Origin: Eledone cirrhosa
Lineage: Eukaryota
Assembly (NCBI GenBank): GCA_964016885.1
Contig: OZ024740.1
Span: forward strand, 268,708,001-268,772,000
DNA: 64,000 bases
Direction of reading: 5' to 3'
Numbering within the stretch: position 1 is the first letter of the stretch; every line of letters begins with the position of its first letter. Under the pieces are notes generated by a model. It was given only the letters and a program-made list of their open reading frames with translations. It was not told the DNA's origin and made no database searches. The position numbers were made by a program, and so were the translations under genes. Below are positions 44,898 to 59,089 of the stretch, in pieces.

Positions 44898-45470
44898 TGG
44901 CGTCCAACTCGTTTTCGAGTACGGTCACTACTTTATATCCATGTAGGAGAACCCATACCGATGCGCTGAACGAGTGTGACTGTTTAGTCCAGCCAGCGAC
45001 TTGAAAACTCTGGTACAAACACTACACTTGTGACAATTATTGACACATAGTGCTGGGCCCATGGTACCATGTGATGACAAGTGCAGAGAGATCTCCAGAT
45101 ATAAAGCAATGCCTGTGCCGTGAAGCTTTTATAGTGAGCAAAGGCACTCCACAAAGCCAGTCTCACTCTCTTAACCAAGATGATATTTACCAAAAAGAAG
45201 AACAAGTCAACATCATTGGATACCATCAGGGTTGCAGGTGTTATATCAGAGTTTTCCTTCTCCTAGAATTCTGCCTTGACAAAGGCTAAGGTGTCATCTC
45301 TCCCGGTGATTTTGGATGGCCATTGACTCTTAAGAGCTTCTTTTCCCTTTGACAGGTTTTGATTTTAGTCCTGCAGGATGTCCAAAGTCACCCTCCTCAC
45401 CAAGAAACCTTGGTGGGGTTGCCAGTTTAGTCGCCAACGACCCGACCATTACACTCAAGAGTAACCTGAC
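44896..45470 (-). mobile_element. Non-autonomous RTE-derived element, copy 1
   Basis: Highly similar to 45711-46317; minus strand encodes CSVCTRVFKSLAGLNSHTRSAH and ends gtactcgaaaacgagttgg. Confidence 0.75.
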
Positions 45471-45710
45471 ATACATACATACATATACACATACATTCAT
45501 ACATACGCACACACATATATACATACATACACACACACATATACATACATACATACACCCACACATACATACAAACGAACGTACATACATACATATATAC
45601 ATACATATGTACATACATATGTACATATCCACCAGCCTTCATATCTGATGCATGCCTGCCTGCATATGCTCATGCGTGTTTGTGTGCATGCATACATATA
45701 TACATACATA

Positions 45711-46317
45711 GTGGCTGCCAACTCGTTTTCGAGTACGGCCATTACTTTATATCCATGTAGGAGAAACCCTACCGATGCGCTGAACGAGTGTGGCTTTTTA
45801 GTCCAGCCAGCGACTTGAAAACTCTGGTACAAACACTACACTTGTGACAATTATTGACATATAGTGCTGGGCCCATGGTACCATGTGACGACAAGTTCAG
45901 AGAGATCTCTAGATATAAAGCAATGCCTGTGTCGGGAAGCTTTTATAGTGAGCAAAGGCACTGCACAAAGCCAGTCCCACTCTCTTAACCAAGATGATAT
46001 TTACCAAAAAGAAGAACAAGTCAACATCATTGGATACCATCAGGGTTGCAGGTGTTATATCAGAGTTTTCCTTCTGCTACAATTCTGCCTTGACAAAGGC
46101 TAAGGGGTCATCTCTCTCGGTGATTTTGGATGGCCATTGACTCTTAAGAGCTCCTTTGCCTTTTGACAGGTTTTGTTTTTAGTCCTGCAGGATGTCCAAA
46201 GTCAGCCGCCTCACCAAGAAACCTTGATGGGGCTGCCAGTTTAGTCGCCAACGACCCGACCATGAGACAGGTTGTACTGGGATACATGTTACCAGTAGCA
46301 CCAACTGGTGACCTGAC
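45711..46317 (-). mobile_element. Non-autonomous RTE-derived element, copy 2
   Basis: 3' end tactcgaaaacgagttggcagcca-ctatgtatg resembles the RTE end at 29924-29960; flanked by (TACA)n. Confidence 0.75.
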
Positions 46318-46561
46318 ATACATACATACCTACCTACATACATACATACCTACCTACATACATACATACATACATACATACATACATACATACATACATA
46401 CATACATACATACATACTTACATACATACATAAATGGCGACCGTTGTGGTCAGTGTCCGATAATCGGACGTGTGTAATTACGGCTTACATGAAGGTAACA
46501 TACAATATATCGGAAAAAGTTGAGCTACATTACGCGGTAAGATTACATACAATAATTCTAC

Positions 46562-46862
46562 ATAAGTGTTTGAACTGTAAGTGTGTTGTAAAACACCTAT
46601 TTATATGAACGATACATACACTTATGATATATGAACGATACATACACTTTAACATATAAATGCAACGTTGTTATATTACATTTATAAAGAAATATACAAG
46701 TAACGTTTTCGATTCAGAAACAAAAATATAAGTGTTTGAACTGTGAATATGTTGTGAATAGGTTGTAGAACACCTATTTATATGAATGATACATAAACTT
46801 TAACATATAAATACAGCGTTGTTACATTATATTACATTCATAAAGGAATATACTAAGTAACG
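46562..46862 (+). repeat. Direct repeat (~166-bp period, 2 copies) in the Dong 5' UTR
   Basis: ataagtgtttgaactgt...aagtaacg at 46562 and 46728. Confidence 0.8.
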
Positions 46863-47066
46863 GTTCTTTTTGTTCTCGATTCAAACGATCCAAGAACAAC
46901 GTTTAAAACACAGTTGTAGAATTAAAAACTAACTGAAAAGAAATATTACCCAAGCTGTGAATAACTTTAAATTTGATTCTGACAGAACTTTGTCGTAACT
47001 TTTAAAGAAGATCATCGACTATTTTGAAAAATAAATACGAAATATTAGTGAATAGACGAACTCATC

Positions 47067-50000
47067 ATGGCAAAAAGTACAAGTCTCCTTCGACCAAATC
47101 GCAACTACAACCGTTGTACACAGTGGAGCTACGAGCTTAACAAAGTATTATATGAAGCATACAAACAATCTGAACCCCAAAAGTTCGGTTTTATGCAAAG
47201 GCTAAAAACTTTATGGAACTCCAAACACCCAGAATTAGACTTTTCTCCAAAGCATTTAAATGAACAGGCAAAACGTATCAATAGATGTAAATTGATACAT
47301 CTAACGGAATTGAGTGATACTACAAATACAGCCCTTGTAGACAACCACCCCACCTCCACTGACAGACAAAGAGAATGGCCAGTTAAATCTAACAGTGAAC
47401 AGCTCACCAACAATTTTGCTGAAATCCATCCCACTTCCACTGAAGAACAGCGAGAAAGGTCAGCTGACTCTAGTAGTAATTGTCACCACATCAACAACGA
47501 GGCTGAAATTCATGACTCTACTGAACAAACAGAGCACCAAAAACTTGTGGGCTCCCTACAAGTGATATGGAACGATATGTTTCAAGAGATACACAGCCTT
47601 AATGTGAGTGACTGACCATACAACACTAGAGTCAGTAAAGAACCCACTAAATTGGAATTGGAAGCGGTGAACGAAATAGCTGGCAATTATCTGAAGGCTA
47701 TACGATCTGAAGGTGTAGAAACGACATTTGAAACGCTTAATGTTTTGTTATATGTTTCAGCTGTCACATTGCTATCATATAACACACATCTAAAACCACG
47801 CAATCAAGATACAAACAGAAAGCCTGAACCAGCGTGGATGCGAAATTTAAAAACCAAAATTTTGTCCCTGAGACGAAGTATCTCACACATCGCAGTCGTT
47901 ATGAAATGTAACATAGAGAGCAACTTCACACGACACCAGGAAGACCTAAAGAAAAAGTTAGAGAGACGATTTGGAGATACAAAATTTAAAACTTTGAACT
48001 CCAAATTACACCAGTTGAAACAACAACTCACAGCTACAACAGAAAGACTAAAATATAAGTCAACAGCACGTAAACGACAAGTGCTAAATAGATTGTTTGC
48101 CAGAGATCCTAAATCAGTTTATCGCAGCTTCGGTGGCAAAAGCTCAATCTCTGTAAATGACACCCCTTCAAAAGAACAGGTTGAGAGCTACTGGAGATCT
48201 GTATGGGAAACGGATGACGGATTCAACAGACAAGCTAATTGGCTAAAAGAACTGGAACAGGACTACTGCCAACATGTCCAGACAAAACAATATGACATAG
48301 ATGGGTCAATACTGGAAACAGCTCTACAGAAAATGTCGAATAGGAAATCGCCAGGCCCAGACCTCATTACAGGATACTGGTTGATGAATTTCACTTTCTA
48401 TCGGCAAGATCTCATACGGCTGTTTACAGAAACCATTAAGGGCACACAAGAACTGCCCAGATGGTTATCAACTGCCACTACTCTCCTCATTCCCCAAAAT
48501 AGCCAAACCACCCTTGCTAAAAATTACCGCCCAATTACCTGCCAAAACATCATGTATAAATTATATACTGGGTGCCTTAACCTGTTCTTACAGGATCACT
48601 GTGCTACCAACAACATCATAACACCTGAGCAAGCTGGTGGAAAGAGGGAGGTGTGGGGTTGCATAGATCACCTACTAACTAACAAAATGATTAAGGAAAA
48701 ACAACAATGAATCGCAGAAACATGACTGTCGTGTGGCTGGACTATCAAAAAGCATTTGATAGTGTACCTCATGGGTGGATTATTAAGGCTTTACAGTTAG
48801 CTAAAGTCCCACAACCATTGGTAGCTGCTGTTGAACGCCTGACCAAGAACTGGTACACCAATTTGATCCTTAGAGGTGAGAAGGAGCAGGTTAAGACTGA
48901 TAAGATACATTACCAGAAGGGCATCTTTCAGGGTGATAGCTTGTCAGTGCTACTCTTCGTTCTCTCACTGAATCCACTATCTTACCTACTCAAGAAACAA
49001 GGTGGACAAAGAAGTGGGCCCAGAAGTATCTCCCATCTTTTCTTTGTTGATGACCTGAAGTTGTATGGGCCAAATATCAATGACATCAAGAAACAATTGG
49101 ACCTCATTACACAATTTTCAACCGACATCAAAATGAAATTTGGTGAGTCCAAGTGTGCATATTTGGCAGTAAAACGTGGAAGAGCTGTGCCCTCCTCTAG
49201 AAATCTAGAGATGAACGGCCTGACAATACAATCTCTGCAGTCAGGTGACAACTACAGATATCTTGGACAGGATGAGAATCTCAGATATGATGGACCCATA
49301 AATAAGGAGAGAACCAGAACTGAATACCTCAGAAGAGTAAAGAAAATATGGTCATCAGAACTGTCAGCATACAACAAATACATTGCCCACAATACTTATG
49401 CTGTGCCAATTCTAACGCCAACATTTGGCCTACTGAACTGGTCATTGCAAGAACTAAGTGAGATGGATGTTAGAACTCGAAAACTTCTCAGTGTTACTGG
49501 GAACTTTAACATCAATGGTGATGTGGATAGGCTATACTTCTCACGCAAGGAAGGTGGCCGGGGTCTAAAATCAATATTAACAACATATGAGACCCGGATA
49601 GTAACACTGAAGCAACACCTTCAACAGAGGAAAAAGGTTGGCAACCATCTTGCCCAGGTTTATGACCATGAAAAAAGAAATATCATTAGAATAGCGACTG
49701 ATCTGGAGGAGAGATATGGAATAAAGCCTGATATAAATCTCTCACCCAGAGAAATCGGAAGATCCTATTCAATGTTCAAACAAGATAAAAAAATTGACCA
49801 ATTTACAGAAAAAGTTGTGCATGGATACTTGAGGCGTAAAACACAGACCATAGAGGGGATAAACCACTCAAAAAGCCTGGCATGGAGTTCCGACAAGTTT
49901 ATGACATCACACTTTGAGGGATATCTCTATGCAATACAGGAACAAGAACTCCCTACCAAATATCTGCTGCACAAAAGAGGAGGGCCAGCAGCTGACAATA

Positions 50001-50575
50001 AATGTAGGCTATGTAAAACAAAGATCGAGGATGTAAGCCACATTGTTGCCAGCTGCGAAAGAATGTCATCTCGCTACTACCTCCCCATGAGACACGATGG
50101 GATAGCTAGAACCATCTGGAACGCACTTCGGAAAACAAAATTAACAACAAACGAGGAAGAATATATTGAGACAGATGGCACTAAGGAATACTGGTGGAAC
50201 CTGAAAATAAAAACTGCCATCAAATTAAAGCACAACCGGCCTGATATTGTAGTTTGGGACCACACATTGAAAACGTGTTCTGTTGTGGAGATCAGCTGCC
50301 CACTTGATGTAAACGTTGTCAGAAAAATACAGGAGAAGGAGGACATCTACGGACCATTGATGAGGAGTTTACAAATCCAGTATCCAAGATACACCTTTAG
50401 CTTCATACCCATCATTATTGGTGCTACGGGTTATATACCAACCCGCTTGGACGAAAGTATGACTGAACTTGGATTTGCGGACAAAAAGCGCAGCTCCCTA
50501 ATTCATAGTCTACAAATGGCTGCGATAGCTGGCACCTTCAAAATTTGAAAAACATTCTTGCGATTCAAGGGATGA
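47067..50575 (+). pseudogene. Dong/R4 polyprotein with three lesions (TGA at 47613, frameshift near 48700, TGA at 50546)
   Basis: WLDYQKAFDSVPH, GIFQGDSLS, FFVDDLK, CRLC..H..C, RHD, RPDIV..VEISCP; ORFs 47067 and 47652 share a frame, 48707 is shifted. Confidence 0.9.
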
Positions 50576-50667
50576 CAATTTCTTTACTTTTACAACCTTG
50601 CCACCAGGAAGGTAGCCGGTCAAAAAAAGATACTCGAAATTAAGAGAAAGAGAAAACATACATACAT

Positions 50668-50742
<75 letters not shown>

Positions 50743-51017
50743 ATACAATAACTGAGATAGTTTAAAACTAAACTCTGACTGGTAACCATCTCACTCAACA
50801 AACATTAGGTTATATTAAAATATAAACACAATTTAAGTGTTTGGGGTGCTAACAATATGTATAATATGGAAAAACCAGTTGTATTATTTTATGAGATATA
50901 ATTAAAGTTAAAGTATATCTCTCTTTCCAAACAATTGTTTCATTATAAGTTTTCTACAAGTTTGGGAGAATGTTTCCAGTTTATGTAGAGTATATTTAGG
51001 TGGGCACAAACATAACG

Positions 51018-51780
<763 letters not shown>

Positions 51781-52008
51781 GAAGGCAAGGAGATATGTAA
51801 TGTTGATAACCGCTAATAAGTGAGAAACTTAGTCGTCGTCGATTACTTCTTCCTGCTTTTGCTGAAGCTAGGTATGAGACGATCGTCACAACTTTAAAAT
51901 CCGCAACGAAAAACCTTCAAAATATTTTTCATGAATCCCGTATATTATTAAATTTAAATATAGAATACGTACACCCACTTACTCACACACACACACACAC
52001 ACACACAT

Positions 52009-52062
<54 letters not shown>

Positions 52063-52089
52063 AAAGATGAGATATGGCTCCAGAAAGGG

Positions 52090-52830
52090 GAGGAACGGAA
52101 ATTAACATTTCTGAAGCTAGCATTACCGGAAGCCTTGTACAAATGAGACCTCCCAGAGCGGAAGATCACATTTGCAGATCTATGTCGATGAAACTTTTCG
52201 AATCTTCTACCTGCTAGAAGCTGTATATGTCACACTACCGATACATTTTCACAGCGTGGGCGTACGAATCGTGTAGATTCTCTAGAGAGTGGGGCACCAT
52301 GGTGAACATTCTGCGATGATATAAAACAGCACTTGCTGAAACGAGATATAGATGTCCCCACGACAAAGTGATCGTGACCCTTGCTAATAATATTCAGGAC
52401 CAAGTGAGAAGTAAAGAGTAGCAAATAAGGAGGAATCGAACAACATCAATCATTTTTGTGGGAGAGGGGGGGAGCAATATACGACGATTAAAATCACCTA
52501 CGGCCTACCATAAATGGCCTGATTATGGGAGAAATGTTTCAGTTTCACAAGGTTATCCAGACCCTGAGATCAAGTATGTTTCAGTGGGCTGACAAGTTGA
52601 AGTAGATAATCCTGATAGAACTTATAGTCCCTTGGGAGAAAGAGAACAGCTAAGCCTTTGTACGGAAGAGTGCGAACTACCTTGTGCAGAAGCACGGAGA
52701 AAGGATTATAGGCATGGCTATACAGGGGATTCCCGGACTACTAGGTTTGGAGAATGCTCAGTCATATATGAAGATTCAGTCTTGGCAGAAGAGATTAGAT
52801 TAGATGCAATTACGGAATATTAGATCCTGG
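52090..52830 (-). mobile_element. Old LINE AP-endonuclease remnant
   Basis: Minus-strand GDFN and GHDHFVV (SDH-like) motifs in the expected order. Confidence 0.4.
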
Positions 52831-52899
52831 AATTGATAGTTGAATGGAAGTTAGAAAAAATGTATTTTCTATTCAATGTTTAGCAACAAACTCCATCTT

Positions 52900-53012
52900 A
52901 CACCAATGGCCAGTCAACACAGGCTGGAAATAGAATGTGTAGCAACAAGAGCGCTGCCCCAGCATGGCTTCAGCCGGATGGCTGGAACAGGTAAAAGAGT
53001 AAAAGAGTAAAA
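52900..53012 (+). mobile_element. SINE 3' tail fragment
   Basis: tgccccagcatggc..ctggaacaggtaaaagagtaaaagagtaaaa tandem tail. Confidence 0.5.
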
Positions 53013-53099
53013 TCGTAAATTTGACAAACACAAGTATGTACAAAATGAGGATGAGTAATTCAGTTAGTATTTTGTTAAGTTATTATTTATTTTGTATGT

Positions 53100-53246
53100 T
53101 ACGTGCGTTTACGATCTGAGTTCAAATCCCGCCGAGGTTGACTTTGCCTTTTATCCTTACGGGGTCGATAAAATAAAGTACCAGTAATACACTGAGTAAT
53201 TGCTGGCCTTGTGCCTAAAGTAGAAACAATTATTTATTTTGTATGT
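53100..53246 (+). mobile_element. 5'-truncated Meta SINE with TSD attatttattttgtatgt
   Basis: Core plus tail; direct repeat on both sides. Confidence 0.85.
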
Positions 53247-53264
53247 ATATATCTATGTATGTAT

Positions 53265-54600
53265 ATTCTTCTGTTTTATTATTCCGCACATTGTCATCAG
53301 CAGAGAAACAGCCTCTTCCAACATTGAAACGTCAACTAAGTAAACACATGTACGTGTGTGAAGGTATGAATATTGGATGTGGAAATCTATATGTATTGAA
53401 TTATAGGTGTACACCTGCATATATTTTTCTATCTATGCTGAATTTCTTAAATGTTTTACATATTTTTACAGTTCCATTCATGGACTGTACTTGCCACAAT
53501 TTCCTAACTAGCCATGCCCTTTCTGGTTTTGTGAAGCCTAGCTTTTCCTGATTTTTTTTGAGTTAGTAACATACCCAAGAGCATTTTGTTGGGGTCTTGA
53601 GCAATACTTTCTCATATTATGCATACATGTGCACTCCACATCAATGTAGGGTTTTATATTTTTATTCGCAGGACTCTCCTTACTACAGATTGCAGTGTAT
53701 AGTGTTTTAGATACATCACCATGCCTCACGGATAGATACGATCGTGATGACATCTTTGGACAGCTGCTTATGATGTAGGTGACATCCTCGATGTTTATTC
53801 CGCAGGGTTTTCATTTGTTGTCACATCTCACTCTTTTGGCTGCATAAGCATGTAGCTTTTCCTCCGTGGATTCTTTGTGGCTTTTACAGTGCTGTTTCCC
53901 TGTGTTTGAAGGAGCATTTTGGAAGATGCTCCTTCCCAACTATCATGTTGCTATCAGCCGCATGTAAAAGTATTTGTTCTATGGATGGGTTTCTAGGATT
54001 GGTGGTTCCTAGAGTCTGTCGGAGGAATATGACGCGGCACTCAAATGCTGTTTATGTTTTTGGTAGAGGCAATCTATGTTACTGTTGGGGTGGAAATTTC
54101 TGCTGTCGGTTTGAACATTCCGGGTTTTAACATCAATTGCACGTATCTCATCAAGCTCCCAGTCAAGAAGTCCAAATGTTGGTGTCAGTCCAAACACAGA
54201 AAACACGTTTCTTATTCGGGTGTTTTATTACCTGGTTCTTCGTCCCTTGTTACATATTCCATCATAGGATATAAATTGATCTACCCTCGTCAGATACTGT
54301 TGACACAATCAGGCCATTGATAGAGATGTTGCTAGATGAACATTTAGTTTTTCATCGCTTTCCATTGATATCAGAACACTTATCCTGGATAAACTCCATT
54401 CCAATCTCTTACGAGAAGGTCGTAACTAGGTTACGATTTATATTCCTGACATAATGTTTCAGGTCATCCACAAAGAAGCTGTGTCTTAGGTTTGTGAATA
54501 AATTACGTATTCTTCATATTTCCACAGCATGAAGAACAAGAGTTATACTGACCATATAAATAGCATCACAGAGAGACTGCCTCATTGAAATATAACACTA
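53265..54600 (-). mobile_element. Degraded Dong/R4 copy related to 46432-50655
   Basis: LTPTFGLLDW..DVKTR, MSSRSYLSVRHGDVSKT and FFVDDLK. Confidence 0.8.
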
Positions 54601-54983
54601 AGATTTTCAATTCTAACAGTGACAATATAGCTTCCTTTCTTCGTGTCTAACTTGTGGATAGTTTCTCAGGAAGAATATATGTTCTCTATGGCTCTGATTA
54701 CGTATGTATATATCTATATATAGTGGAGGCATAATGGTAAGGATATTAGACTTACGATCATAATGCCGATTATATCGCTTCTTAATTCCAGAAACTGCAG
54801 TTAGGGAGACGATACGAGCAACACTTTCTAATATTAGTTTGTCATGCTTGTATTCCCACAATGAAGGTTTTGGCTTAAACTATATATATATATATCGTTT
54901 CTGAATTTGTTTAGCAAGATTCTTTATCTGAAAACGTGTGTTGAAACCGATATTATTATACTATGGGAGGGTCATGTTGCCAA

Positions 54984-55382
54984 AAACAAAGACCTCCCTG
55001 TATAGATAAGAAATGTATAATCTGTAAATTAAGCCCCCATATTAACTGTAAAACTAGAAATGTAGTATATAGCATAAGATGTACTGAAGGACAATGTAGA
55101 GATATGAATTTAGTGTACATAGGTGAGGCAGCTCGTAGTATAGGGGAACGGATAAATGAACACTGGCGAGAGCTTCAAGATAGTAAAGAATCATCTGTAC
55201 TCTACCAACATGCTAAAATAGAACATAAGGGTAAATTAGAGAACATAGAAATAAAAATAGAATCTACACACAGAAAAGACGCAATGTTTAGACAAATCAC
55301 AGAGGCAATAAACATAAATGAACTCCAACCAAAATTAAATAGAAAACATGAATGGAACAGCAACATAACAACTTACAATTAA
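54984..55382 (+). CDS. PLE C-terminal GIY-YIG endonuclease fragment
   Basis: CIIC..NVVYSIRC...C..VYIGE..R..GERINEH..LYQH...H..RQITEA..LNRKHEW. The listed Met at 54963 comes from the inverted repeat, not the original ORF. Confidence 0.85.
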   Translation, partial: KQRPPCIDKKCIICKLSPHINCKTRNVVYSIRCTEGQCRDMNLVYIGEAARSIGERINEHWRELQDSKESSVLYQHAKIEHKGKLENIEIKIESTHRKDAMFRQITEAININELQPKLNRKHEWNSNITTYN

Positions 55383-55581
55383 GGACAAAATGAAAACACA
55401 CACGCACATAGAACAAACAACCAACCAGTAACATGTAAATAAACAAATAAATAAACAAATATAAACACACACAGGCACCCGGATGTAACACATGCGCAAA
55501 CTAAGCACACAACACACACAAAAACAAGATGGCGTAGGACAGAACAAAGGAGAGGCACAAAAACAAAGAAAAGAACCCCAA

Positions 55582-55624
55582 GTCACTGAAGAGGTCACAG
55601 AATGTGTGACGAAAGAACTTTGAC
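55582..55624 (+). ncRNA. Minimal type I hammerhead ribozyme
   Basis: gtca-CTGAAGA-g-gtcaca gaatg tgtgac-GAAA-gaac-TT-tgac. Confidence 0.8.
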
Positions 55625-55770
55625 AATATATAAACAATCATCTGGTTGTGGAACCAACCAACCAACCGGAAATTTATAAATTCCTAAATTTATAAATTTA
55701 TTATAATAAATTGAAGTGAAAGCAACTGGTGCGTGTATTTCTTATTGGCAACATGACCCTCCCAAAGTAT

Positions 55771-55809
<39 letters not shown>

Positions 55810-56715
55810 AGAGAGAGTAACTTTAGGAACAACATATTTCTTTAATGAGTAAAAAAATGACTCTAATTCGTTTAGTGAAATTATGGTTTATATTTGGTGT
55901 GAATTCAAATATTAATTTCGCCAACTGATTGACGTCAGTGTAGAAATACGTAACCTTGTTATCATGTTATACAACACTGTAATAGCGGCAGTTGTGTGAA
56001 AACTAGTCGGGTTTACACAGTACAAATCATGTTATTACACTTCCTATAGTATTACAATATAGCAGTTACGTGAAATCATAAAATATTTCAAGCTGTTGTG
56101 TGACTAGATGGTAATATGTATTGTAAATCATATACAGAAACATCGCTACATGCGCAGAACACACAAATAGAATCATGCACAGATAAGATGGAGTGTTTGG
56201 CAAATAAGGTTCTTTAATCCACTGTTAGAGCTGTGTAAAATAATGTTATGGTAAGAAAAAAAACACAGTTGTGTAATGAAATGATTTCTGAACTCCTGAA
56301 TCCGTGGAAACAAATATTCATTTGCATTGTCAGAAGTAATCCAAAAGACCAAAGTTATGTTTATAATAGAGCAACGTAAGTGTATTAAGTTGTCGGAAAA
56401 AGGAAAACGAATAAATGTTTCGAGTATAAGCCGTTTATCAATTTAAAAAGAGAAAAGATTTGGTTTCTGAATAAGATGAGTGAGTTCCTAATAACTATTG
56501 ACAAAGGGCACGTATTTTGGGAGTATCATCTATCTATATACTACTAAAACTCAGTTATTGCCTGCTTGTCTGAAATGTAATACAGCCAAAACGGCATCTA
56601 ATGGGAAATACTTTGAAAGAAGTTGCCTCGCAATAGGGAATACAAATGGAATAAAACAAGTTTTGCGTAAATCGGAGCACGGGTTCCCTAGATACGAGGT
56701 TTTTCAGGTACCTTC

Positions 56716-56790
<75 letters not shown>

Positions 56791-57381
56791 CAAAATCACA
56801 AAATTAAATTGTCTCATCCACATATACGTTAGATGGGCCTTTTCATTGTAGGGTCGAAAATATTAATTATAAGAAAAGAGAATTATAAAGAACGTACTCA
56901 CATATTACATTTCATCTAACCAGAAAAATAGACAAACATTTATTGTGAGAGATATAGAGAAAATGAATGCATAATGAATTCAAATTTTTATTATGGTTAT
57001 ATCATTTTAATATCTATTTGTGTTTAGCTCGACACATTCGACGTTATTCGAAAAAGTGTTAAACATTGTAAGGTAAAGAGATGCTTTTGAAAAAGAAAAA
57101 TATTATTAAGATTTATAAAATAACAGTGAACACCTTGAGTGGTTTATTGTAGAACTAACTATTATTGATGAATGGGGAGAGTTTATTCAAAATATGTTGT
57201 TCCAGTTTTTCATTTCCAAATATTTATTACATATGTGTTTGACACGCTTTACCAAGCGTGTCGTATATTCATTAAAGGTCATAGTTTATCACAACTTTAG
57301 CTTCATATAAGTGTCATAAAGTAAAACTGCGCCAATAATACATTAATCACAGTTTTTAGATTTGATGTCATTCAAGGTGGC

Positions 57382-57419
<38 letters not shown>

Positions 57420-57423
<4 letters not shown>

Positions 57424-57546
57424 TAAATGTATACTTGTCTGTAGTCAACGGACAAGGAAACATTTGTTTTACACATTAATATTATATGAATTTACAATAT
57501 CAACGTAAGTTATGACAATTCTATACATTACAAATGAATTAAATTG

Positions 57547-57614
<68 letters not shown>

Positions 57615-57745
57615 AACCAGTAAGACCCCGACAGCTGAGCTCAGCTGTCGGGGTCTTACTGGTTCCTATTATCCACTCTACTACCTCAAGTATTGAGTAC
57701 TTTGGTGCGTTATGGTCCACCTGGTTCCTTACCACATTTCCTTCG

Positions 57746-57784
<39 letters not shown>

Positions 57785-57911
57785 CAATTTAATTCATTTG
57801 TAATGTATAGAATTGTCATAACTTACGTTGATATTTTAAATTCATATAATATTAATGTGTAAAACAAATGTTTCCTTGTCCGTTGACTACAGACAAGTAT
57901 ACATTTATCTG
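57420..57911. repeat. Inverted duplication of 131 bp (57420-57550 / 57781-57911) around a PLE mini-element
   Basis: Arms nearly identical; the left arm is bounded by (TA)n on both sides. Confidence 0.92.
57611..57746 (+). mobile_element. Fold-back PLE 3' end with a perfect 58-bp palindrome (57611-57668)
   Basis: taggaaccagtaagaccccgacagctgag|ctcagctgtcggggtcttactggttccta; remainder matches 51435-51545. Confidence 0.85.
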
Positions 57912-58559
57912 AACCAAGTTCTTATTTAGCTCCAGGGAAAGGCTGGTCGAACCTCAACGTAGCAATGACGTCTTTTAAGAGGCGTCAATAGTTCGATCTT
58001 TTAAGATGTGAGGTACGATGTTTCTCTGAGGTCGAACAAACTAATTACATCTCCACCCAGTTATTAGTAACATAGTATTAAAAGAAGCGATTGCAAGGAT
58101 ACAAATAAAAATCCTGTTGGATTCGAAATTACTAATCCATTTTTACCAATCTTAAGAAGAAAACCAATCACAAGGTTAAACAAAATTCTTCAAAATCTAA
58201 GCAGAACATCGAAAAGTCTATGAACACATTTTATATTCTGCTGCCTATTCATTTCAACAAGCTCTTATTTTTATTAAACATCCTAATCACAAATAAAACT
58301 TGTCTTTATTCAAGGTACATTATTTGTTTTAGTAAATGTTCTTGAAACTATTTTAATGTTTGAAAAGGCATTCTGCCAAGAAAATTATTAAGCTGATAAT
58401 GCATAGATTCTTCTTCTTCTTCTTCTTCTTCTTCTTGAGAGGGACGTGGGGACAGAGTCAAGCTATTATTAAAATCAAGTAACGTAAACTGTTTAGAATT
58501 ACACACAACCAAACGCATGCAAACATACACACGCACATATATATTTAATATAGAAAGGA

Positions 58560-58606
58560 CTTCTACAGGACTAGAACTGTTTCATCCGGGAGAAATCATC
58601 AGGAAG
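58560..58606 (-). ncRNA. Type I hammerhead motif within a fold-back PLE end (58541-58640)
   Basis: cttc-CTGATGA-tttctcccggat-GAAA-cag..ctg-TA-gaag; inverted partial copy at 58606-58640; stem II weak. Confidence 0.65.
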
Positions 58607-58754
58607 ATTTCTCCCGAATGAAACCGTTCTATATTAAATATTTATACTCTGCTATGTACCTTACTTACTGTGATTACCCCGATTGAACCGGGATAAACAT
58701 ATACGTATATATATATATAGGAATAAACGTGCTGCGTGGTTGCAAATGGGTTAC

Positions 58755-58871
58755 ATATGAATAAAGTTAGTCCTTAATCAGTGATCTTCCAACCATCATT
58801 GGTATTTCATCGCTTTAAAGCGATGAAATAACAATGATGGTTGGAAGATCACTGATGAAGGACTAACTTTA

Positions 58872-58878
<7 letters not shown>
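58755..58878. repeat. Near-perfect palindrome, ~62-bp arms, no spacer
   Basis: Centre atcgcttt|aaagcgat; two mismatches seen; abuts (TA)n. Confidence 0.9.
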
Positions 58879-58909
<31 letters not shown>

Positions 58910-58934
58910 TGTAATAAACAACATAAGGCAATTA

Positions 58935-58995
58935 TTTCATTTACCATTGGTTTCTTGAAAGCAAACAAATTTTGCTTTCAATCATCAGAATGAAA
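58935..58995 (-). ncRNA. Type I hammerhead ribozyme motif
   Basis: tttcatt-CTGATGA-ttgaaagcaaa atttg tttgctttcaa-GAAA-ccaatgg-TA-aatgaaa; 7-bp stem I, 11-bp stem II. Confidence 0.8.
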
Positions 58996-59089
58996 AGATC
59001 CTGGTGTATTTATTGACATTTGATAATAAAAACAAAAATATAATCTATATGAAAGTGAGGCTGGAAAAGGAAGAAGGAAATGAAAAATA

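Larger units (their letters stand above)
46432..50655 (+). mobile_element. Near full-length Dong/R4-clade non-LTR retrotransposon
   Basis: Single long ORF with RT, CCHC finger and restriction-like endonuclease; (TACA)n on both sides. Confidence 0.92.
54951..55775 (+). mobile_element. 5'-truncated PLE (GIY-YIG, 3' UTR, HHR) with 32-bp inverted 3'-end copy
   Basis: tattattatactatgggagggtcatgttgccaa versus ttggcaacatgaccctcccaaagtataacaata; same terminus recurs at 16254-16282; ends on (TA)n. Confidence 0.85.

Noticed and set aside
46225-46317. Possible HDV-like ribozyme at the 5' end of the RTE-derived element (minus strand, cgactaaactgg)
   Set aside because: Could not assign P1, P2 and P3 in the required order by hand; needs a descriptor search.
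47613-50548. In-frame TGA codons in the Dong ORF as possible selenocysteine or readthrough
   Set aside because: One fits CGA>TGA decay, a frameshift is also present, other Cys codons are normal, and no SECIS was recognised.
55900-56500. Possible DNA-transposon remnant
   Set aside because: No clear TIRs or catalytic motifs could be read.
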